A stretch of 63,646 nt of DNA, the filler included, from Licmophora abbreviata (taxonomy: Eukaryota): NCBI GenBank assembly GCA_900291995.1. It is 13 parts of 13 records of this genome, joined end to end, with 100 filler letters (N's around TTAATTAATTAA, not from the genome) between each part and the next. Parts side by side here need not be neighbours in the genome. Positions count along the whole stretch, not along the records: positions 27,813 to 36,126 come from OLMU01005624.1; positions 36,227 to 45,390 come from OLMU01005625.1; 11 more parts are not named here. One strand, 5' to 3'. The position numbers and the translations under genes are program-made. The notes below the pieces were generated by a model. It did not search any database, was not told the origin of the DNA, and saw only the letters and a program-made list of their open reading frames with translations. Shown here one piece after another: positions 33,174 to 43,600 of the stretch (position 1 is the first letter of the stretch; each line of letters opens with the position of its first letter).

Positions 33174-34076
33174 ATGATGAAAGCTTCCGACGAACAGTCG
33201 TACGCGGCGCTGCCCGTGGACCCGAGTGTTCCCACCAAGACGACGACCAGTCGCACGCGCCATCCGAGTCGTGAACGCTCGGTGGCTCGGAAAGCTTTGA
33301 TTGGACTCCTCCTGCTGGCGGTGGTGGCTCTGTCGGTGAGCTGGAGCAGCGGCGAATGTCCCGGCAAGGCGCTTCGAGGATACCTTGATTCTGCGGGTAG
33401 CAGCGATGAGGGTAGCAGTAGCAGCAGCAGCGATGAGGATGTCTCGTACATGATGTTGCAGCACGACAAGAAGCACTCTCCCAAAATGGGCGGATGGTTC
33501 CATCATGGATCCTCCTCCTCCTCTTCCGAGGACGGCAAGCTTTTCTTCAAGAAAGGGCATCATCACGACCACAAGGGGCCTCGAGGTTTTCATCATGACC
33601 ACCACCATCACTCGTCGAGTCATGACGGACCTCATGGTCACCACCACAAGGGACCGCACGGCAGTCACAAGGGACCTCACGGCAGCCACAAGGGACACCA
33701 TCATCATCATCATCACGGTCCGCCGCCCAAAGAGGGAGGCAAGCTTCCTCCTCCCAAGGGCCCGAAGTCGTCCTCTAGCAGCGGCAGCTCGGGATCGTCT
33801 TCCAGCAGCAGCAGCGGATCTTCCAGCGCTGACTCCGAATCGTCTTCCAGCAGCGGCAGCGGATCCTCAAGCACCAGCTCGAAATCGTCTTCCAGCAGTG
33901 GATCTTCCAGCTCGGAATCGTCTTCCTCTAGTCCAGACGTCGAACCAGCCGTCACTCTCGATGTGAAAGCCATGCAAAAAGATGAAGTGTTGGTCAGCAT
34001 GGAAGTCTTGGAGGAGGAAGCCGAGAAGGAATTTGCCGTGAAGGAGGAACGTCTCGAAGTTTACAACGGCAATTAA
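33174..34076 (+). CDS. Type II membrane protein rich in His/Lys/Gly and poly-Ser
   Basis: TM ALIGLLLLAVVALSVSW, ALRG, SSSSSSDED, (HKGPHGS)n repeats, His tracts, a long Ser tract and an acidic end. Confidence 0.75.
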   Translation: MMKASDEQSYAALPVDPSVPTKTTTSRTRHPSRERSVARKALIGLLLLAVVALSVSWSSGECPGKALRGYLDSAGSSDEGSSSSSSDEDVSYMMLQHDKKHSPKMGGWFHHGSSSSSSEDGKLFFKKGHHHDHKGPRGFHHDHHHHSSSHDGPHGHHHKGPHGSHKGPHGSHKGHHHHHHHGPPPKEGGKLPPPKGPKSSSSSGSSGSSSSSSSGSSSADSESSSSSGSGSSSTSSKSSSSSGSSSSESSSSSPDVEPAVTLDVKAMQKDEVLVSMEVLEEEAEKEFAVKEERLEVYNGN

Positions 34077-34202
34077 GAAGCCAAAAAGGTCGCAACAAAG
34101 ACACGTTGTCGTACTGTCTTGTTTACATAAGAACTGTGTTAGTTAACATACGCAAGTTAATGTACATTCTCTACCTTTTTCAAGTGCACACAACAAACAC
34201 TC

Positions 34203-35909
34203 TCACGCAGTTCGTCTCGTCGTATGGTACGCAATGTGATTCTGTAGCTCGATGTCGTCCACCCAACACCCATGGAAGCCGTAAGGTACTCGGTGGGGGA
34301 TGAGCAACGTGACAGCCGGTTCCTGCAGGGTCGACTCCATGTCGTACAGTACAAACGTCGACTTGGCGTCTTGTTCCTCATACAGAAAAGCCGCAACATA
34401 GACTTCACCAGAGCTGTGCAACGTTCCTGGCTTGGGGACAACAACAGCCTCGCCCCCAAGCGCACCATTTGGATACTGCACAACCTCATGTACCGATCGA
34501 TTCGTCATGTCCCAAACGACAAAGCCATGAAACATGCCTTCGACATGGCCGCGATCGGGTTCTACGTACGCCGTCACCCCGAACTGAGCAAACTCTCCCA
34601 TGCAGTCGTCTCGTAGTCTCGAGAACTCGACATTGTATGTACGATCAATAGAAGTCTTCACAACATTTCCAGTCTGTGGATTCAATCTCAATTCTGTCAT
34701 GTAAAAAGTGTTGAGGCCTTTCTGCAAGTCGCCATGGAAGGCATCTCCTAACGGAAGCCATATGACAATGCTACCATCGTCTTCTTCCCACGCATTCAAG
34801 GGATGGACGGCCACATGGGGCGCTCCAACGTCAAACCACCGAGTCGATCCAGCCGACGTCTTCGTAGTATTTCGTGGCACCAACCCAATCATCAAGTTTC
34901 GTTCCGTGTGAAACTTGAGAAACTCTCCACCCCACGCCATTTCCGTCCCGTCAAAGACGACACTGCCATCATACACTATCATCCAGTGCTTTGTAAAGAC
35001 CATGTCGTGCGCAAGCGGCACCACAAACTGTGACGACTGATTCAATCGTGTCGGTGGCGCAATGCCAGAGTAGTAGAGCAATTTGTCTGTTTCTGTATTC
35101 AGTTCTCCCACCTTGAGGTATCCATCCCGAGCAATCAAGTCCGGATGAGCCGCGTAGCCGTGAAACAGAAGATTATGAGAAAGTGGATCGACTCGGACAT
35201 GGGCTGAGACAGGATAGTTGAGTGTGTTGTGCAGCCTTTCGTAAGCAAGGCCTTGCTCGATGCTGCCGTCGTCACGCAATTCCAATCGAAACGGCAGTGA
35301 CGCTTCGTGCAACGCGTAGAACTTATTCTGATACATCAGAGCATTCGTATTGGCCTGTCCAGAAGTGAGCCTGGTCGTGCGAAGCAACTTAATCTTGAGT
35401 TTCTCCAACAAGATCAACTTGAGCAGTCCCACAATTCCCCCTAGCTGTCCAAGTTTGAAGAAAATCTCTTGATTGTACTGCTTTTCAATAGCGTATCGCG
35501 GCGTCGGAATGTAGCTGTTGGAATAGGTAGCTGTAGTGTTCCCGCCATAAAAGCGTACAGTGTGCAGCATCCCGTGTCCGTCAAACCAGTGGTGTCGTTT
35601 CTTGTGGACGTGCGTAGGAATGGGATTCGGGCCGTTTCGAACAAAAAGACCCAATAGGTCCGAGGGCAAGGCGCCTTGAATCACTGATAGCGGAACACCA
35701 CGGTGTTCAGACTCCACAGGCGCAAAGTTTCCTTGTAGATAAGGATTCATTTCCTCCGTACCCTGCAAGTAATCCAACATGTTGTCCAAGAAGAGAACGA
35801 TGCGAACCCCACGCGAGAATAGTAGGTGCAAAAGTATAGCGGACACTATAATCGCGGCAGTAGCTATCTTCGGCGCCACGGATGAGTTTCGGCCCTTGTT
35901 TTCAGTCAT
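34203..35909 (-). CDS. Carotenoid cleavage oxygenase (CCD/RPE65 family)
   Basis: GNFAPV, GLFVRNGPNP, HWFDGHGMLH, ANTN, and four Fe-ligand His residues (SAH, AHD, VHPLNAWE, PYGFHG). Confidence 0.93.
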   Translation of the reverse strand: MTENKGRNSSVAPKIATAAIIVSAILLHLLFSRGVRIVLFLDNMLDYLQGTEEMNPYLQGNFAPVESEHRGVPLSVIQGALPSDLLGLFVRNGPNPIPTHVHKKRHHWFDGHGMLHTVRFYGGNTTATYSNSYIPTPRYAIEKQYNQEIFFKLGQLGGIVGLLKLILLEKLKIKLLRTTRLTSGQANTNALMYQNKFYALHEASLPFRLELRDDGSIEQGLAYERLHNTLNYPVSAHVRVDPLSHNLLFHGYAAHPDLIARDGYLKVGELNTETDKLLYYSGIAPPTRLNQSSQFVVPLAHDMVFTKHWMIVYDGSVVFDGTEMAWGGEFLKFHTERNLMIGLVPRNTTKTSAGSTRWFDVGAPHVAVHPLNAWEEDDGSIVIWLPLGDAFHGDLQKGLNTFYMTELRLNPQTGNVVKTSIDRTYNVEFSRLRDDCMGEFAQFGVTAYVEPDRGHVEGMFHGFVVWDMTNRSVHEVVQYPNGALGGEAVVVPKPGTLHSSGEVYVAAFLYEEQDAKSTFVLYDMESTLQEPAVTLLIPHRVPYGFHGCWVDDIELQNHIAYHTTRRTA

Positions 35910-36226
35910 GCAGTACTATCTTGATTTTGGTGCAAACAAGGGGTGAGAATCGCCTCTTAATAGACAGGCATCGAACCAAGAACAATGCCATCAACAGCAT
36001 CAACAGATATCCTTTCGTTGCGAGACACCGCCGAAATACCGGCGAGAATGCTTTCTTGCGAGTCTCAACTCACAGTTTTGTCATGACGTTTTCGGTTTGA
36101 GATAGTACGGTAAAGCCGTCGTACGTNNNNNNNNNNNNNNNNNNNNNNNNNNNNNNNNNNNNNNNNNNNNTTAATTAATTAANNNNNNNNNNNNNNNNNN
36201 NNNNNNNNNNNNNNNNNNNNNNNNNN

Positions 36227-36703
36227 ACTTCTATCAGGGTGGTGAACGAATTCCTCCCCGCGGCGCCTGTATGGTTCTACTTGCTCGTTGGTGGCTTCAT
36301 GAAACACAAGGAGAATGTAGCGCTTTGGGGCGGACCAAGTGGTGCCAAGCTTTTGGCGAACCTATTATTGTTGCTGGCTACAATTGTTCATCGAGCGGGA
36401 TCCCAAGCAGGAGGAGGCGTCTTGGCAAATGACCTGATTGAGTTGTCTCTGACGTTTCGACTTTCCGAAGACTCAGAGGTCCGATCGGCTGTCCTAGTGA
36501 CTATCGGGAACAGCCTGGCAGTGTTGCGAGACGATGCTCTCCTGGGGGCATTGTACGGGAGCTATGGAAGTCTGCCAGAGTACATTAGACGACTGGCGCT
36601 CGAGGACCCAGATGAAACTTGCAGGCATCTTGCTAGTACTTTGTCAAAGACCATCGCCGAGTCAATCGAAGACGGCCCTGAGCTTACTGGGCGACCAAGC
36701 TAG
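36227..36703 (+). CDS. TELO2: C-terminus of telomere length regulation protein TEL2/TELO2 (partial)
   Basis: NEF...A..WFY.L, LL..LL..LA..V, F...D.EVRSAVL and DPDETCRHLA pattern. Confidence 0.7.
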   Translation, partial: TSIRVVNEFLPAAPVWFYLLVGGFMKHKENVALWGGPSGAKLLANLLLLLATIVHRAGSQAGGGVLANDLIELSLTFRLSEDSEVRSAVLVTIGNSLAVLRDDALLGALYGSYGSLPEYIRRLALEDPDETCRHLASTLSKTIAESIEDGPELTGRPS

Positions 36704-36885
36704 AGACTTATTTTCATGTGAATATTACAGTGCATAGCTGGCCTACCGATACAGGACATAATAGCACGCAACGTCAACGCTCTCTAGATTAATTTCGTGG
36801 GTACCGAGCTACTGTCTCGTGGACGACGAGCGTCAGCTAATGATAGATTTCATCAGAAGGATGTACTACATTGGTGGGCTCGCAA

Positions 36886-38878
36886 CTACCAGTGTCCATC
36901 GCTAAACTGCCCTCCTCCACCTCCACCGCCGTACCCGGAGCCTCCATAACCACCTCCGCCTCCGCCATAGCCACCTCCCCCGTAGCCGCCTCCACCGCGA
37001 GAACCCCCTCCGTCACCACCACCACTGCGATTGTTGTAACGTACATCACGCCCGCCAAATCCTCCGCCACCGCGGCGGCGGCCACCCGAGCGACCGCCTC
37101 CGCCGCCCGAGTATGCGCACATTTGAACGAGCCACGCAGGAACTTCTTGTTCGTTTTCTTCCAACAAGTCACGGAGTTCGCGCGCGACACCACTGTTCTT
37201 TTCATTCACAAACGACAATGCCGCTCCCGTATTACCGGCACGACCGGTTCGTCCAATGCGATGAACATAGTCGTCAATGTTTCCAGGTAGGTCGTAGTTG
37301 ACAACTTGAGTCACATTCGGAATGTCCAACCCACGGCTTGCAACATCTGTGGCCACCATGACGGGGGTGTGCGCACGTTTGAAGGATCGCAAGGCCTCTT
37401 CGCGCTCGCGCTGAGTCTTATCTCCGTGAATCGAGCAGGCGGGAAACCCCCGATTGCACAGCACGTCTTCGACGTAATCGCAGGAGCGCTTGGTCTCCAC
37501 AAAGATAAGGATGAGCCCCTCTTCGATGGTAAGCAAAAAGCGCATGAGAGTGTCGAGCTTATCCTGTTCTTCAACGTACTCGACCGTCTGTGTGACGTCC
37601 TTGGAGGCGGATCCCACACGGCCGACCGTCAAGAAGACGTAGTCCTGAAGGAAATCGCTTGCCAAGCGCTGGATCTGTTCCGGGAACGTAGCGCTGAACA
37701 TCATGGTCTGACGACCGTCTCCGTACGGCATGCCTTCTTCTTCGACGATACGACGGATCCTTTGAAAAAAGAAAGATGGGAGACAACAAGGTGAGTGTAG
37801 GCATTCTAGCGACGTGATGCGACTACAAGCAACGCATGGCAATCTTCGACTGTACTCACTGCGGTTCAAATCCCATGTCCAACATTCGGTCCGCTTCGTC
37901 CAGCACAAGGAACCTCACGTTGTCCATGGCCAAACGACCGCGCTCGATCAAGTCGACAAGTCGACCGGGTGTGGCCACGAGCAAATCGCATCCTCGTTCG
38001 ATCTGACGCAACTGCTCGCGAACTTCCGCACCGCCGTACACCACAACACTGGCGATTCCGGTGCAGTAGGTGAACTTTTTCGCCTCTTCGTGAATCTGAG
38101 ATGCGAGCTCTCTCGTCGGAGCAAGCGCCAATGCCTCGGGATAAGTGCGACGCCTAGCTCCCTCTGGAGGTTCCTGTCCTCCGCTCTTGATCATCGCAAT
38201 GATGATTGGAAATAAGAAACCGGCTGTCTTTCCGGATCCCGTCTGGGCGCAAGCCATCAAGTCGCGTCCGGCACCTGCAATGGGCACACTGTACTTCTGG
38301 ACAGGCGTTGGCCTGGAGTATCCACAGAGCTGCGTATTGCGATACAAATCCTCTCCGATCGTATCAACCGAGTAGGTGTCAATGGGATCAGGAACGTCGC
38401 TACCACTGACTTCGACGGGAATTTTGTCGTAGTTGTCAAAGTTGATTCCAGTAGTCTGCTGGTCCTCCCGCTCAAAGAGCTGACGTTCGAGACGACTGTC
38501 GGGTTTCAAATCACCGTGATAGCCGCGTTCGTTCGTGCGAGCAGAGTAGCGGCCTCCTCCTCCGTATCCGGAGTCGCGATAGGATCCACGACGATCTTCG
38601 CCAGCCACCGCCGTCATTGTTCCAGCGGCTGTTGGTAGCAGAGGGGTAGTTGCCGCCCCCGCGATCATATCCGCCACCGCCGCCGCGGTCGTAGGAGCCG
38701 CCATCACGCGATCCATAGGAGCCACGGCCTCCGCCACGGCCTCCGCCACGTGATCCTCCCCCGTAGGAGCCGCCGCCACCACCCCGCGATCCACCGCCAT
38801 AAGATGAGTTTCGAGAATCACCACCACTCTGAGCAGACGCTGTTGCGTTTCTCAGATGCGGTGGCACATATTTACTAC
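36886..38878 (-). CDS. DDX3: DEAD-box RNA helicase DDX3/Ded1; intron 37760-37859; apparent 1-nt frameshift near 38603; first exon uncertain (possibly from ATG 39173)
   Basis: [67 protein letters not shown], and RGG-rich termini. Confidence 0.95.
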
Positions 38879-40058
38879 CTGAGTTTGAAGTAGCAGTAGA
38901 AAGGGTTGAAATCTTGAAAATTGAGTACTTGTTGTCGTTGTTTTCGATGATATGGGACCAGCGACGACCCAACAAACGCTTCGTTGGTCAAGGAGGCGCA
39001 CGATTGAGACAGCAGATGTCTCACAAGCGGAATTGGAAACCGTTTCTCGTCAAGGTACACGACCGACTGTTTTCGGGACCAAATTCTAAAAGCTTCGACG
39101 TAGAAAGTACACAGACTCCGGTACTCGACTGAACACATGAGATGCTCCAGCTTGAGCGTGCTGGTTGGTCATTTTGAGGCCATTTCTCGGGTCCACCTCT
39201 TGTTTCTCTCTCTCCTTCACTCCCTTCTCGCTACACGAGCACAATGCGCGCACCTCAGCCTCATTCCTCTCTAAAAACGCACCATTTTGCATAACACAGT
39301 TCGAGTACAGTTGGCAAAACCAAACAGTGAGCGCAAGGGTGGCAAAACGGGCGGCCCTGGTTATTTCCTGTAGAAACCTTACTCATAGCTACGTGTGTAG
39401 ATGTAGTACTTAAGCCACGTAGGGAGAGTTATGGGTCCTTTTCGAAACTGCCATGTTCCGGGTTTGACTCCGCGTCTCTCTACCGGCCTAGATCTAGGTC
39501 TACCGGTAGCTCTCTAGAAGCACCCTTGAGCCCTTGCTCAGTAGCCTAGCAAGCTACTCTCTCTCTCTCTCGGCATTAGAGTTTTACATGTGAGCCCATG
39601 ACGAGCATGACACTGGTAGTTCGCTCTCCTCTCAGACGAGGCCGTCTATCATACCAGGTACCAGTAGCAGTGAAGAATGGTCGTTGGGTTCCACGAGAAG
39701 AGGAGAACCAGAAACACTACTGTACTAGGGAGTACTAGCTAGCATGATCTCAGCTTCTCTAGATTCTTGCGAAACAGATGAGATCTGCTTGGAGGTGCAT
39801 TTGTGGGTGCACGGAAGGTGCTCGTCCGTCACTGGCGATAATGAGAACATCCATATTCAGGAGTGCAACACACGACAAGTACTGTACGAAAGCCTCACTC
39901 CATGCGGTAGTTCTAACAAAACTTCCATGAGTACTAATTGATGCTTAACACCTGGACACGCCCGCTCTACTGCTCTTCCGTATGCACAAACCTGCAAACT
40001 TGCAATTCTCACTGAGACTGCGCCGACGAGATACTAGGTGCCAGACTACGCTCAAAGT

Positions 40059-40313
40059 TTATTTTCCATGCGGGACGGCACCGGCGACGGCAGCTCCTGC
40101 ATCCGTGACCATTTTTCCACCGTCGATTCCGCCTTCGACAATCTTCTCGTGGGTATCCAGGACGGTGGCATTCGCGACAGCCTGAACCTCCTTGGACGTG
40201 TCGATGAAGCCATCGACATTGGTTCCATGAGGCGATTTGTCAAGGATGGTGGCATCCACGGCCTTGTGCAAGACCTCTCCAGTCTTGCTGACGACTCCCT
40301 TTGCTGCTTCCAT
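40059..40313 (-). CDS. Small (84 aa) protein with an internal duplication, function unknown
   Basis: AVDATILD...VDGFID..K and AVANATVLD...VEGGID..K, with coding-like composition. Confidence 0.55.
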   Translation of the reverse strand: MEAAKGVVSKTGEVLHKAVDATILDKSPHGTNVDGFIDTSKEVQAVANATVLDTHEKIVEGGIDGGKMVTDAGAAVAGAVPHGK

Positions 40314-40685
40314 GATGATTTCTAGTGACTTGCGATGTGTCTGTGCTCTTCCTTCAAATTTGTGAGCAACTGCGGGACGCAATAGACGCAAGTTGAAAGT
40401 CCACGGAAAGGACTGCACTTCTTAGCGCTCTTGTTGAGTGTTTCAATAGTAACAAGCTAACATTTTCGGGTGCTTGCACTTGATAGTGTTGCGAGGCGGG
40501 CAACTTCCGGAAGAAGCGCGCCACGACGTGACGGTGCGCGAAGTGACGCAAAAGCGCGCGATATGGGCTCGAAATCTTCTGATCGACGCCTGAAGCGAAG
40601 CGAGACAAACTAGTCTATCACCTACGACTTCAGGCGCAACGGTTTAACGATGACTCCAGTGTCTCAAATATAGCTAGACGGGTTA

Positions 40686-43600
40686 TCAAGTAGATTCTCC
40701 ACCCTCAACAGGTGCAGATCCTGTTAGCTGTTCTTCGGGTACCACCACTCGCTCATCACCAGAGCTTGTGTACTTGCTGATTCGTGGTGTCCACCCGCTC
40801 TTGAATCCGAATGTTCCGTCGGGTCCGTTTGCCATCATCGACTGCGCCATAATCTTCCCTCCGCGATCCTTGAGCTCCTTGCGAACAGTCAGGTTCAGTC
40901 GAGGCCGTTCTCCATGACTTGTGCCAAGTTTCGATTCGAGATAAAGGTCACAAGTTCGACAGATTCCAAATATTTTTCCGTCGTGAAGGATTCCTTCTAC
41001 AGACTCCTTGTCCTTCAGAATTGAAGCGTCACAGCTCACAACTTCAGAAAGATCAACGTCGTATACTTCCTCCTTCTGGGTAAGTGCATGGAATTTGGCA
41101 GTTCCGACAACAGGCGATTCCGTATCGCCAATGTTCGCGACTGTAATCTCTTCCAATCGACCACGAAGGCGCGTCGCAGCTCCACGGGTCTCAACACGAA
41201 TTTCCCGAGCTACTCTGCCATTCTTCGCTTTGACGAACGAGACGAGATCTCCCCGACGAGGGCCGCTCGAGCCGTCGCCTACTGCACTAACACTCGAGCC
41301 CTGGAGAGCAATAGCCCCCAGCTTGAAGGATACATGACTGCCCACTGCGCTTATCAACATTCGTGAATCAGAAAGTGCATCGCTAGGCTCCGACTCGTGA
41401 GCGCTGTCAGTCTTCGCAATCGGCTTCATGTCACCATCGGCACTCGTTTGGGGGGCAGGACCTTGGTGTGACATGTCCGTCTCAGCAGTAGCCTCCGTCG
41501 CGGTCTGTCCCTTTTTCTCGGTGTACGATGGCTTGGAAGCAAACAGATTAGTAGGATCTTCGATAAGAAGAATGCAACCTCCTTCTTTAGCAGAGATCTG
41601 TCCCTTGTGTCGACTCAAGTCGCTCGTCGTGTCGACATTCTGCCATCTACTGCCAGGAGTTGATGCTTTCGCCAATTTGCCGACTGAAGACGCTTGTCGA
41701 GATGGCGTGTTCGCCATACTTGTATGGGAAGGCTCCATCATGACAAATCCTCGACACGCATTCTTATCTGCCTTCGTCTTGATATTTAATGAACCTCGCG
41801 GCAAGATGTGAATGTCGACAGCACTTCTCTTTCCATTTTTCGCTCTAGAAATCTCGAACTTGACTTCGTCCCCCTTTCTTGGGGCAGGAGCTCGGCCTTT
41901 GCTGCTGGCATCACTTGCAACATTGGACAGCTGAAAGAACAGCATCTCACGCTTCGAAGCATTCTCGTCCAGAACAGCAATGAATCCAAACTGCCGTGCG
42001 GAGACAACTTCTGAAATGACCCCAATGCCTGAACTTTCGTCGAGTTTCGCATCAAGGACAGGCGGGCCACGCTCGACTACCCGAATACTCTCAAGACTGG
42101 CACCTCCCGACCGTCTGGACTGGACCACATCGCATTCAATGACATCGCCGACTGCTGGAGGCAATTCCTCGCCATCTCGTAATTCTCGGATCAAACAGTG
42201 TTTGTCGAAATGGACCAACTTGATTGGCTTGTCTAAGCTGTGGTGCTTCTTCTTTCTGCCACCCTTCCTCGGCAACATGACAGATGGTCCAACGGACTTT
42301 GCAAGCTCAGATCCAGTCCTCTCTGGGTGCAAAGAAGCCTGCTCCTTGCTCTCTTCATCCTTGGCTGCGTCCTTGTCAGCAGGCCCTTGTCTGGTCGCTG
42401 CGCTTGAAATTACCAGCCTACCTGGAAGCAATGGCTGAGAAGAGACCGGAATGTGGGAGCATGACAACTTCCCTTGACCCAGCCTTTCCACCATATCGAC
42501 AACCACCTCATCATCTTTCGCGCTCTGAATGTCGTGAAAAACAATCGGATGAGACGCCACCTCAGGTTCTTCAAATGTCTTGAGAATTCCCTGAACCATC
42601 TTCGCAACAAGGGGATGCCGTTCCTCGATCGACATTGGTTGATATGTTTCCTCGAGTTCGATCGACCCCGAGTACGTTTGCTTGGCATCTTCTTTCGCCA
42701 CGACGCCTCTTACGCCAGTAGCAATGACCTTTTTGTCGACGATCGTCCCAGGAGGAAGAAGAAGGATTCGCTGAGCTTTGAGATTCTCTCGCTCACCTTG
42801 CCCTTTCCGTGACCGAGACCCTCCCATGGCTATGGTGCCCTTGATGGACAGATCAAACTGAACCTCCGACCCAACTTTAAGCTCGAGTTTGTCGTCGCCG
42901 TTTCCAGGCTGAAGAGGGCACAAATTACCACGGAGGTCATGTTGAATCTGCTCTGGCAGTAGCTCGTACAGTCGAAAGTAGGCGTCCACCGGTCTCTCGG
43001 TACAGTGGATAAAGCCATACCCATCCTTGACTGCACGAATGACACCTTCGGCCCGACCCGCCAACGAAATAGAAGTGAGACGAACTGCCTTCGGATTGTC
43101 CACCAGCGCCGACTCTTCACTTTTGCTTGCGACTCCTGACGACTTTTGCTTGACTGGGCAGATATGTTTGGTCGGTGAGACACGGTACGACCCGTCCACC
43201 GTTTCTCTGACAAGATCAAACAGCACCGTATCACCCTGGCGGACCCACATGCCGACAGCAGAGCCATCCATGTTTTTCGCAAAGCTACCACCGGGGGCGT
43301 CGGTGGCGTAGAGCAGAGCATCCTTGACAATAACCGTCGATCCATCTTCGGCTTTGCATTCAATAGGAGTCCACAAATGGACGGATCCGACCATATCGAT
43401 AGAATAGCCAGAGTCGGCAGGGTGGGGAGCTTGCATGACCATGCCTGTAACGCCTTCGGCTAGAACTGTATGAAACACGACTGAGCCGGATGGAAGAAAG
43501 TCGACTTTCCGGGCACTCAGACGCTCCTTTCTTCCACCCGAGCCAGGTTCCGTTACGACAAGGAATTCCATCTCTTGACCCTCCTTCAAGGTAAAGTCTT

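Noticed and set aside
33580..33720. 21-bp tandem repeats as a CRISPR-like array
   Set aside because: They are in-frame coding repeats (HKGPHGS) with no unique spacers and no cas genes, in a eukaryotic context.
36886..38878. DDX3 as a pseudogene
   Set aside because: All helicase motifs are intact, and the single extra base in a GGC-rich tract matches other likely indel errors in the window.
39421..39482. tRNA-like fold with a GGTTTGACTCC B-box-like motif
   Set aside because: Only about 62 nt, with no proper D arm or anticodon arm and a non-canonical T loop. Likely chance.
39487..39509. Adjacent palindromes CCTAGATCTAGG and CTACCGGTAG
   Set aside because: Short and in a CTAG-rich intergenic tract, with no TIR/TSD structure to support a MITE.
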